A DNA stretch of 64,000 nt. Origin: Camelus dromedarius (lineage: Eukaryota). Shown here piece by piece: positions 1 through 11,325 of this stretch. Under the pieces are notes generated by a model, which was given only the letters and a program-made list of their open reading frames with translations, ran no database searches and was not told the origin of the DNA. A program made the position numbers and the translations under genes. How positions within the stretch are numbered: the stretch's first letter is position 1; each line of letters begins with the position of its first letter. The DNA lies in contig NC_087437.1 of NCBI RefSeq assembly GCF_036321535.1, forward strand, positions 29,762,001 to 29,826,000, written 5' to 3'.

Positions 1-1760
1 ATAAAAAGCAGTCTAATATGTGAGTAACTGGAATTGCAGGAGAAGAGAGAGAGAAAGGGACAGAAAAAAATTGAAGAAGTAATGGCTAAAAAAAATTTTT
101 AATTTGATGAAAAACTTCAATTTACATAACTAAGAAACTCAATAACTCAAAAAAAGCACAAAGAAATCCGCTCCTAGACATATCGTAGTCAAATTGCTTA
201 AAGTCAAAGAGTAAATCTTAAACTCAACCATAGAAAAATTATTCTCTACATAGAATAAAAATAATCTTATTAAGAGCTGACTTCTCAGAAACTAGGAAAG
301 CCAAAAGACATGGGGATGATCTATCAAAGGAAGAAAAAATTCTATTAACCAACAATTTTAAGTTCAGTGAAACTTTTCTTTAAAATTGCAGGTTAAAAAA
401 ATCATACAAAAATCTCAATCTTTCCAAAATAATTAAAACTATGATAAAACTCAATCACAATTTTTAAAAAGTCTTTGCAAAGTAAGAATAGAAGCTGATG
501 TTTTTACAGAAAACATTTACACATAATGATGAAATAATGTAAGCTTTCCTTTTCTTGGAGCAGTTTTAGGTTCACAGCAAAACTGAGAGAAATATTCTTC
601 TTCCCCTGCCCCCTTCTAGAAACAAGGGAAAATTTCTCTGATACTTACTTTGAAAATCTGTTTGAGCTCTTGGAGGTAAAACTAAAAAAGCATAGGGCTC
701 TTCTATTACTGGGGCCCCCTGGTTTTTAACTCTCAGATTTGTCCACACCAGGCCTTCAGCAATTCATTAATTATAGTTCAGATTTTCCTACCGCAACACA
801 ACAGTTCCTGCAGAGATTTCTGTTCCAGTATATTGTGATTGTCTGTATCCTTCTGTCTGTCTCTTCAATTTGGAGGGTAGTCACCTGCCCTGTGACCTCA
901 CTTTTCTTATATATTTAAGCTTTTTTAATTGGCTTTTTATTTGTTAGGATAGAGTGGTGACTTCTAGACTCCTTACCTGAAGAATTGAAAGTATATTTTC
1001 CTTTTGAGATTGAGAACAAGACAATGATATCCACTGTCACTGCATCTATCCAACGTTATATTGATTGGACCTAACCAATTGAAAAAGGAAAGGGGAATAA
1101 ATAAAAGGGATAAAATTGATAAATTAGACTACGTTAAAATGAAGAATTTCTATTAATTCAAAACACCATTTAAGAGTAAAAATGAAAATCATATAATGAC
1201 AGAAAATATATCATTCTAACCAAGGGCTTATATCCAGAATACATAAAAACTTCTCCAAACCACTAAGAAAGAGAGATGACCACCACAGGAAAACAGACAA
1301 GAGACTTGAACAGAAAATTCAATAAAGACACTCTCCAGTCGTTAATAAACAAAAAAAATCTCAACCTCATTAGTAATCAGGGAATCACAAATTAAAGACA
1401 CAGAGTTCTCACTATGTACTTACCAGAATAACTAAAATAAAAACAATGAAAATTCTTACCCTCTGCCAATAGGAATATAAATTGGTTAACAATTTGGAAA
1501 ATCATTTGGCATTGGCTACCAAGTTGAACATATCCTGTTACTCAGCAATTCCCTCTTGGGTATGTCTCCTCACCTGCTGCAGGAGACATGTGTCAAATGT
1601 TCATAGTAACAATATTCATAATAGCCAGGTACTGAAAACAACTCATGTCCACGAAAAGTAAATGAGTAAATAAGTTGTAATATATTTATTCACTTTATTA
1701 CCAGAAAGCAATTAAAATGAAGAACTGTAGAAACAATTAGGATTAGATGAATTAAAATTC
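1..1760 (+). mobile_element. Old, heavily deleted L1 (L1ME-like): ORF1 remnant (1-400), RT-region scraps (440-553, 997-1095), ORF2 3' end/3'UTR (1105-1760)
   Basis: Degenerate L1 motifs: 'cctagacatatcgtagtcaaattgc', 'gagaacaagacaatgatatccactgtcac', 'ggcttatatccagaatacataaaaacttc', 'ctcagcaattccctcttgggtat'. No open frame. Confidence 0.8.
554..996 (-). mobile_element. Internally deleted L1MC/L1MD-type element nested in the older L1
   Basis: Starts with an antisense L1MC/MD 3' end ('gagcagttttaggttcacagcaaaa') and ends with an antisense 5' end ('gttaggatagagtggtgacttctagactccttac'). Flanked by tttcctttt at 545-553 and 997-1005. Confidence 0.65.
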
Positions 1761-2069
1761 CAAAGACAGAGGAGCCCTTCTCAGGTGAGATGTTGATCAT
1801 GGCCACTGGCTATTTTCTTCTCCAAAGGTGTTTACCATATCCTGGTAGAAGGTGAGAACAAAGCATGATTCCGGCAAAGAGACTACTAGCAAAACTGCAA
1901 ACGAGAAACCAGAAAGGTTTTGGTAGTTTTGAGGGTCTCTGGCAACAGATTACAAACTACAAGAGCCCAATTTTTAACACCGGATATTTTTTTACAATGT
2001 ATCCAACTTGAACATGTTTTTGTATTTTCACACTTTGTTTTTTGCTTTGCTGGGTTCACTGTGCTGGTG

Positions 2070-3900
2070 CTATTATTTTGTTTAGGAGTTTATGAATATG
2101 TGTTTTTGAGTGAGATCGTCCTATAATTTTCTTTCATTATAATATCCTAGTCTGGATTTAGCTTCAGAGTTTACTAGCCTCATAAAATGAGTTGAATAGT
2201 GTTCACTCTTTTACTGTTCTCTGGAACACTTTTAAAGTATTGCAATTCACTCCTCCATGAAAACTAGATAGAACTCACTGGTGAAAGTTTAGGTGTATAG
2301 TATTTTCTTTGTGAGAATATTTTTAAACTACTGCTTTAATATTTTAACAGTCATGTGCATACTAAGCTTTCTTATACTTGATTGAGTTTTGCCAAATTAT
2401 GTTTTCTTGGAAATTGTTCATTTTGTCTGACTTTTTATTCAGTGGCATAGATTTATTCACAAAAAAACTCTTACTATATTTTAAGTATCTATCATGCCTC
2501 CAGTGACATGCTTTTTCTTTGATTTGTTTTTTATTATGGACATTTTCAAACATAACACAAAAACAGAGGGATTAGTACAAATCAAAATAGTCATCTTAAA
2601 ACTGGTTCTGTTTTTTACTTTGATTTTTGTGTGTTTTTTTTTGCTTTGGAGATACCTCTTGGAGACAGCGTATCTTAGACCCTTTTTTTAAAATCCAACC
2701 TGACAAAATCTGTCTTCTAATGGGGAGGCTAGCCTCTTTTCCCCCTTCCTTCTTTTGTAAGTTTTTTTAATTCCATTTTTTTCTTTATATAGTTTCAAAA
2801 ATTACATATACTATTTATGCTCATTTAAATTGTTAACATTAAGATTTCAACATGCAAATGTATTTTAACATCTGTATCATTCAATATTTTAAACTTCCTC
2901 CAAAACACAAACATTTTACCTTTAATTCCAATCAACTCCCCCTCATTTTACATGGTAATTTTGCTAAATATTTTGTTCCACCTTAATTTAACTACCCAAA
3001 TCAAATACTAGTATTTATACCATCAAATTATTTTTTCCAGATTTACCTACATATTTCCCAAGTTCCTTGCTCACCAGTCCTTCTTGCTTCTCAGAATTCC
3101 TTCTGGGACAATTTACTTTCTTCTTCAAGAACATTATATGTATCAGCTTTAGTGACAAATGATTCATATACTTGTACATACATATGGCAGTCCCCCCAAA
3201 AAAATCTGGGATAATTTCATCTTGAGCTCTTTGTCTAATTACATCTGCAAAGACCCAACTTCCAAGTAAGATCACATTCTGAGGTTCCAGGTAGATATGA
3301 ATTTGGGGGGGGGGGACATTATTCAACCCTCTACACATATCATGTAATTCACACATTTGTACATAATTAAATGTATGATACAGTGGGTTTTCGGATATTC
3401 AGAGTTGTACAACCATCACCACAATCAATTTTAGAACATTTTTCTCACTCCTTAAAAGAAACACTATATTCTAAAATACATCGTCTAAGTTTTCCTTTAG
3501 TGAGTACCTAGTATACAATTTTTTTCAGCTGTATCTGAAATGTCTTTATTTTCATTCTTAAAAATTTAGCATAGGTTTTAATTCTAGATTGATGTTTATC
3601 TTCGCTCAACAGCTTAAATAAATTAGTCCACCATATTCTGGATCTGTTATTATTGTTAAGAAGTCTGCTATTAGTCTAAGTGCCATTTTTTTGGCAGCAT
3701 CTGTCCTTCTCTCTGTTTCTAAAATCTTTTTACTTTTAAACTGCTGTCTTTCTACCGTGATTTATCCAAGTATGTTTGGAATTTGTTGTGATTCTTGACT
3801 CTAAATTTGTATAGTTCATCACATTTCAGAAATGATTAGCCATTATCTTTTCACATATTGCCCTTTTCCATTCTTCCTGCTCTGCCCTTCAGGAGATTTA
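2070..3900 (-). mobile_element. Old antisense L1 fragments, interrupted by MLT1 and L1MB pieces
   Basis: 'agcctcataaaatgagttgaatagtgttc', 'gatagaactcactggtgaaa', 'ttgttaagaagtctgcta' resemble antisense L1M. 3340-3460 resembles an antisense L1MB 3' end. Confidence 0.7.
3215..3334 (-). mobile_element. MaLR LTR fragment (MLT1C/D-like)
   Basis: 'ttacatctgcaaagacccaacttccaagtaagatcacattctgagg...ggacattattcaaccctctaca'. Confidence 0.8.
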
Positions 3901-6239
3901 CATTGAGGGGAAAATTAACTTCCAGTTAGCTCAGCAGATCGCTGTGTTTGGTCCATCTTACAGTGGAAGAACTCTCTGGGACAACACTGTGCCAAACACT
4001 CAGCCAACTACAGATACATGCCTTTAGTCACAGGAGAAGCTGTGGAGAAACGTCAGTTCCTCAGTGTAGATCCATTCCATGCCACTGAGGGAAAACTCAA
4101 AACCCATGCCTTACTGAGAATGGTAGGTACATTAAGCCATCATTTCCTATTGATGACTATGTTGTTATCTCATAAATAAAGAGAATTATGTTACTTATAA
4201 AAGGAACTAGAAATAATTGCTTAGCCTATAGATAAATACTAGACTTTGGCAACTGATCTCTATTATTTCCCTAAATATTCCAAGTAAAGGTGCTACAGAG
4301 ACCTCCTCAAACTGCTATTTTCAAAGCAAACACACAATATTAATTGAGCAATTATTGCAGCCAATATCCCAGTAATTATATAATTCCAGCTAATTACTGC
4401 CAGTTAATTATGGTTTTTGACAATATTTCTCTTTCAGTGAGCAAATCTCAGACTCAGAATAAGACACTATCTTACTCATTATCCCAGAAATGAATTCCTA
4501 AAGTAGAGGATTAAAATAAACTACTACAAATCCAACTGTCTAAATAGAAGTTATTTCTTTGTCATAAAACTTACTCAGGATATTTGGAAACTATAATTTG
4601 AAAAACAGAAATCAAGTGTGTCCTAAGGCAATGATCCATTTATCAGAACCTTTTTACATACATACTTTAATTTGCTCCCCTCTACACAATAAAAGATATT
4701 TACATATGTTTGGCAGAAGTTATTGCTGTATTAATGGTTTTTCTCCTGTGTTTTTCCTTCTCCCCTTCCAAGAAGGTAAACGGGCTCTTTCTAACATCCT
4801 TCCCTCAGCCTGGTGGCCGCTGCCAGGCCTGCCCACAGAAAGTCCCTGAACAGACTTAAATGGGAAACTCAGATAAGGAAACTCCATGTGCTGGCAAAGC
4901 AACAGTACCAAGGCCTGGAACCCAGATTTCTCATCTGGTTTACGTGGTTCCTCAAGAGGCTGAAGTATTGCCTTTGATGGTAACATGTTATTTCTGGGGG
5001 CTGATGTGGCTGGAAGAATAGAAGGCAGCGCACCTACTTCCAACCTGGAGAACGTTTTGCTTTTCAGGGGCTGCTAAGACTCCAGAGATTGGGTGTGCGT
5101 CTGTCAGATACAGAGGAGGCGTGAGGAGCTGCACCTGTGTCACTGTCTGTGTGTTTATGCTCTGCTTTTACTCTGCTTCAGGAGTAAACCAAGTCCAAGT
5201 TACAGTTCTTAACCTGTCCTCTCACCCGAACCAGACTCTGTGGGAATATTTGTAGGGCCGGAAGCAAAAGTGACTGCTCGAAGGGAATCTTTTGTGAAGG
5301 TCTGTACTCATCAGATATATTACGCTAGTTCTCCTGGAGGCCCTTTGTGTGTGTGTTGGGGGTGGGACATGGATTTGGGAGGAAGGGCAGTTTGGAAGGA
5401 GAGTTCTAGAACATCTACATCCTGGTCCCTGGCAAAGCCCCAGGGTGAGTGGCAAGCCCAAAGGGGAGTTCTGTTAAACAGATGGCAACGAAGAGTAGGA
5501 TTGCTGAGTTTCAAGTGTCCATGGGTGCTTAGGTTATGAGAATATCAGTAGCAACCACAATAGACTAGAGATTCAAGACCCTGCCTTTGTTTTCTACGTA
5601 CCACATAAGCCTCTGAATTCCTATGTGATCTAGACACGGGGCCGAGTCACAAACAGGACTGGTACTGCATTTCTCAGCCACTTTTCAGGATGGAGAAACC
5701 AGGCTAGGGTTTAGGTTGATTGAAAGGCAGTAAAGTAATGCACTGTTCTTACAGATTTGACCATGTGGCTTAAGATTAATATATACTATATATGGTATAT
5801 ATTTATAATTTATCTTTCAAACTGACAAAATTCCAAAAATATGATCTATCACTTCCTTATAAAACATACACACACCCAAAGGCATATACACACACAGGCA
5901 CCCGTGTCCCTTATTCTGTTTCTCTTCGTGTTTATGTTACTTTCATACATTTCTCATTTTCCTTAGTATCAGATTTAGTATGGTCTTCACCCCTGTGACT
6001 GTGGTCTCCTGTCTACTTTTTCCTTTTTCTTCAGAATAGACTCTGTGCAGATGCAGTGTATCCACTCTGTCCACATCTCCACCTCCTCATCCACCGAGAA
6101 CCACTGGAAACTGGTTCCACTGTCTTTATCTTTGGCTGAAGTGCACTAAGAGTTGCTGTATCTCCTCTTCTGCATGATTTTCTTTTCTTTTGAAATGATA
6201 CATTTTTTCTTTCCCACTTTAAAACTTTAAATATCTAAA

Positions 6240-6710
6240 CTGTGGATTGAAAATACGTAGATTTCTTCTACAAGAAGCTGCAAGGTGAAATGAAAGCTGC
6301 ATGGTGAAATAGGAATATAAGTATATTGTAATAACAAATAAGGAACAAGATATTTTCAGCACAAGAGAGATAGGAAAATGTTTCTCCCCAGAAGGAAAGT
6401 AGTCAGAAGAGGAAGAGGCATTGAATGTGTGAGAAAGAAATGGATAATTAAAGAGCTGATTCCTAAGATAGGAGGTTGTGGCATCAAGGGTACCTTGAAA
6501 AAGAGGGGACATTTAACAACTAGAAAAAAGAAGAGACAGTTACTAAATACAGAGACTTGAACAAATGTAAAACTCCAGGTGTAAACTTGAAGGAAGTTAA
6601 TGGAGTTCACATCACTTGCCTCACTCTTCTCAGTAGGGTGGGAGATACTGTCACTGGCTGAGAAAAAGATTAGCGCTTAGAGAGTGGAAAAGGTTTGAAA
6701 TCGCTCTGGG
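6240..6710 (-). mobile_element. L2 fragment
   Basis: Purine-rich, with L2-like 'tgcctcactcttctcagtagggtgggagatactgtcactggctgag'. Confidence 0.55.
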
Positions 6711-7724
6711 AAATTACAAAGAAATAACAATAACAACAATACAAATAAAAATAATAATAATGGCATTGTTATGTAGTCATTGCAGTCCTCTCTCTCACCC
6801 CTCTAACCTCAGCTTCTGTCAGATTCTAGCACTTCCTCCAGCTGTGTTCCTGCTTCTACGGTCTGTGTTCTGTCTGTCATAGGCCTGTTGGCCTCATTTG
6901 GGTTGGTCTTTCTATCCATTAGTTCTTCTATACTTCTTTCCCTCTTCCTTTCTCTATTCACAAATCCACGTTCATACTGCTGCCTTTTGTCTGGAAGAGC
7001 TCCCTTCTTATTTTCTTGCTACATCTCACACTCAGTTCCACCTTTGCTTTCCCCCACACCCCTTCCAAAATCTACAACTGACCTGTATTAATTCCTGAAG
7101 TGAAATCTACTATCTTCCCCCTTCCTTTCAAGCCTCAGGTAGCTTCTTTCTATTCATTTGGTAGCTGTTCCCATCACGGTTGTTCCATTTGACCTTCCAC
7201 TTTACATTCCGAAAGCTAGGCCCAGTCTTCCTACCACCTCCTTTCTTCTCAGGTTAATCATGAGCAGTTACATAACTCATCATCTTTTCTGAGGTTACCA
7301 CAGTCTCATCTCTTAAAGAAGACACTGGAATACACATTTCCTCCATCACAAAAGCTCCATTCTTGACAACTAGGTAACTCCTTGAGCCACAGTAAAAGAG
7401 CACTTAACCTTAAGCCTTTTCCATCTAAAACAATATCTATCTTCTTCTGCCCTTGCCACAGTTATTTTATTCCATCTGGGCTCCCACTTTTCCTGAGACT
7501 AGTGATTTCCTTAAACAGGCCCTAGCAGCTCCTATATTCAGCCTTTCCCTCCCTAAGATAAAGAACCGTCTCCACACTTGGTTGACTGAGTGAATTGCCT
7601 CATAAATCCTCTAGCATACTGTAATTTCCACAGCCCTGAAAGCAAAGTGGGAAATATAAATCCAGACTGCAGTCTGTCTGTGACTCCTGCCCGTGCTCTG
7701 ACAGACCTCTTCCTCAGCTGAGTC

Positions 7725-8222
7725 TGCAGCAGATTAAAGACAGCTTCAGATTCTCTGATACTCCTCTCGTCGGAAGACTGGACCTCTGTCCCTATCCCTT
7801 GAGCGTGGGTAGGTTCTACGACTGCTTAGACAAACAGCCTATGGCAGGAGTGATGCTCTGTTCATCTCTGGGCCCAGGCCTTAAGAGACTGAAAGCTTCT
7901 ACTTCTTCTTTCTTAGAAGATTCACTCTTGGTACCTAGTGTCTTAGGAGACACTAGGTAAAAGAGTGGAAAGGCCTGAAGCCACACTGAGAAGGACCCGA
8001 CTGAGTGCAGCCTTCCAGCCCTACCTGTTAAGCCCCAGGTACGTTAGTAAAGCCCATAGGCCAGACCAGGCGCTGTCTGCGTGATACTGAGTAACCTTAG
8101 TCTGCACCATGTGGAGCCAAAGCTTGCCTAAATTCTCAAAGTCATGTCATATATAAAATTAGTGTTGTTTAAAGCCATAGAATTTTAGAGTGCCTTGTTA
8201 TGCAGTGATAGATAAGGAAATA
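7725..8222 (+). mobile_element. MaLR solo LTR (MLT1G/H-like)
   Basis: 'gggcccaggccttaagagactgaaagcttctacttc' and terminal 'gttgtttaaagccatagaattttagagtgccttgttatgcagtgatagataa'. Confidence 0.75.
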
Positions 8223-9789
8223 AAGTCCGCGTGGGCACTCCCAAACAAACACCACTTATGCACAAATAGATGAAGCTTGTTTGTTCCTCAGTGATCTTAG
8301 AATACATACTGTTATCCCAATTTTACAAAAAGAAAAAATAACAATAACACTATTGGAGCCACTATAATATGAGGTTAAGAATGTGAGTGTTGCAATCAGG
8401 TTATCTGGTATCAAAACCCATCTTTGTCACTTACCTGTTGTGTAAACTTCTGAAGCTGAATTGAGCTTCAGATAGTGTCCTAATGAGCTTGTTACATTAA
8501 ATTACAGATCATTAAAAGTAGAAAGGATCTTGGGATCTAGTCCAGTGACTTTCAACCATGGCCCTGGGAGCCCTTCAAGGGGAGGAGTGGAGGGAAATAG
8601 ATAGAGCACGGCCCAACCCGCGCTCCCTTGATGAAAGCTACCACTCCTTTATGTGTGTTTTATATTAGGCTTTCAGATAGAATTTCCTTTTTAAAAAATT
8701 GGCTGCTAAAACAAAATAAAGTACTCAAATACACATGTATATTCTAACTAATCCCAAAACACCCAAATTCAAAGATGAAGGGAATGTCATGGAAAGTGAC
8801 TTCTGCCTAGAACCCTCCTTCCTGCCCTCTTCACAACCTGCTGCTCATCATTCACTTCTCAGACCAGGCCTTACTTCCTTCAGAAAGATTGCTTCCACCT
8901 CGGAAGTCCACATCCATGACCGTTCCTGTGTCTTTCCCAGCTTCTTTGTAAAAGTGCTTGCTGCTACTTTCCATGAACTCCAAGATGCACATTTTAAAAT
9001 ATCTTTATATTTCTGAAATGAGGAGGTATCACATAGTTGATAACATCTTACAATTGTTGCCAGCCAGATGGTAGTCATGACACAGTTGTGTAAAAACTTT
9101 CTGCTGGGAGCTTCTAGTATAATCAAAAAAACATTAAAGTAACTGAGATTCATTGAACTTCAAGTTCTTTGTAATATAGTTGCATGTTTGGTTGGCTCCT
9201 CTACTGAATTGGAAGCTACAAAGATACAACCATGTCTTTCTTTCTTATTTACTATTAAGGCTCCAATCCTTAACTACATTCTCAGTGAATATTTGTGGAA
9301 TTGTCCAAGTAGGTTTTATCTCTTGTTCCAAGAATGAAGACATTGATCAAAGGTTTAAATAGAAACAGGAACAACAATTTAATCTTTTTACAATTTAGGC
9401 TTGCACTTCCAGTGGGTCAAAATCTTTTTATAGATTGAATATAATTACTTTAAGTCTAGTTTAGTATTTGACAGAGAAAAATGCAGTTTCGTCCAGAGAA
9501 ACTGGTATCTTCAAATACTGCTAGTGGTTTTGTAAATTGGTGCCAACTTTCAGAAAACAATTTTGCAAATTTTATTAATAAAGACCTTTTGGATTGCAAG
9601 TATTAAAAGCTGATCAACTTAATCAAAAAGAAAGATTGAAGGGATTATTGTTGAAGGGATAACTGAACTTCTGAAGGGCTATTCTGTGTGGAATACAGGG
9701 CTGAGGATGCACACCAGAGTCACTTGGAGCCAGATGCTGAGCACAACACTGCTCACAAGGATTGGTAGAGGAGGAAGAGCCTCCTGTGA

Positions 9790-10140
9790 TTCTCCAAAAA
9801 GAATCTTCTCTAACAAATATGAGAGAAAGAATGATAAAATTAGAAAATTACCATTTTATAACCCACAATTTATAAATTCATTCAGGAAGGGTCATCAATT
9901 GTCCTTAAAACCATTGCTTATAATCCTGTTGGAGAATACTATATTCATAAATCTCTTACCACTCCCACAAATTTGTTACTAACTACAGAAAGAAGAATAT
10001 GTATTTACAGTGGAGACATCTGGCAGACATCACCTTAAGCAGGTCATCAAACTTAGCTTCACCAATAACAGGACACTTGATATTTGCCTCTGAATATGAT
10101 CAAATAAGAAGTGTAAAACCTGACCTATGTAGTATTCTTG
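9790..10140 (+). mobile_element. L1MC4-like 3'UTR fragment
   Basis: 'tttacagtggagacatctggcagacatcaccttaagcaggtcatcaaacttagc'. Confidence 0.7.
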
Positions 10141-10145
10141 TATTC

Positions 10146-10610
10146 TTTAAGTGAAGTATAGTCAGTTTACAATGTTGTGTCAATTTCTGGTGTGCAGCAT
10201 AATGTTTCAGTCATACATAGATTTTTTTTCATACTTTTTCATTATAGGTTACTACAAGATATTGAATATAGTTCCCTGTGCTATACAGAAGAAACTTGTT
10301 GTTTATCTATTTTATATATAATAGTTAGTATCTGCAAATCTCGAACTCCCAATTTATCCCTTCCCACCCTCTTCCCCTCTGGTAGCCATAAGTTTGTTTT
10401 CTATGTTTGTGAGTTTCTGTTTTGTAAATAAGTTCACTTTTTTTTTTTTTTTTTAGATTCCACATATGAGTGATATTTGCTATTTTTCTTTCTCTTGCTG
10501 ACTTACTTCACTTGGAATGACAGTCTCCAGGTCCATCCATGTTGCTGCAAATGACATTATTTTATTTTTTATGGCTGAGTGATATTCCATTGTATAAATA
10601 TATATATATT
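10146..10610 (-). mobile_element. Lineage-specific (young) L1 3' end, 5'-truncated
   Basis: 'gaagtatagtcagtttacaatgttgtgtcaatttctggtg...ccatgttgctgcaaatg'. Closely matches copies at 40962, 55323 and 59079. Confidence 0.9.
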
Positions 10611-11059
10611 TACAAAATTTTTATTTTACTTTTGTAGTGGAAGAAATTTAAGTAGAAATGAAAATTTTAAATGCATATTCCTTTTTTTACTTTAAAATTT
10701 CACCAGTCACACCAATATAAAGTATTTCAGTAGTTTTACATAATCCCTCCCTGAAAATACATTAACATTTGAAAATATTTGTCTTTTCATCACTCTTTTC
10801 TTCTAAATTACTTTATTCATCATCATCTGCTTTTTGCTTTGGAAAAGTATTTGGAAAATAAATCCAGCTGGCGCTGAACCAGTCACTCTTACTTCAATAA
10901 AAACAAACAACCAAATAATTCATGTTAAATATTCCTCTCAAATTACAGTATTTATTTTGGAATGATGGGTGTGTTTATTGTAGATTCAGTGTCTGAGCCA
11001 TTTTATAAAATACGTTTTTTAATTCCCTCATCAAGCAATAACTAACCAAGTTATTTTGT

Positions 11060-11325
11060 ACAAATCTACCTGCTGATAACAGTTAGAAAAGATAAATTAA
11101 ATATAAAATATATTTTTGAGACATCAAATAACTAATGAGACAGAGAGAAATTGAAAGGCTAAGATCCGTGATTGGAAGAAAGCCCAGAGAGGTGAATCTA
11201 GTATTTGAGGCTGCTTTTTCTTTACAGGAGACTGATAATTTTTAAAGTGCCAATTAACCAAGAAGAGGTAATAATTCTAACTTGTATGCACCTTGGAAAG
11301 GCCTCCAAATATATAAAGCCATTAA
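11060..11325 (+). mobile_element. Old L1 5'-end and endonuclease-start scraps
   Basis: 'ccaattaaccaagaagaggtaataattctaacttgtatgcacct' resembles the L1 EN start. Confidence 0.55.

Noticed and set aside
5055..5450. Acceptor-like sites (5067, 5181) and a strong donor AGG|gtgagt (5444)
   Set aside because: No coherent reading frame or partner exons, and isolated splice-like words are common.
10146..10610. Similar ~300-700 bp sequences at 10146, 40962, 48575, 55323, 56121 and 59079 as a new SINE or segmental duplication
   Set aside because: They are ordinary 5'-truncated L1 3' ends of varying length, homologous to the 3'UTR at 19082-19401.
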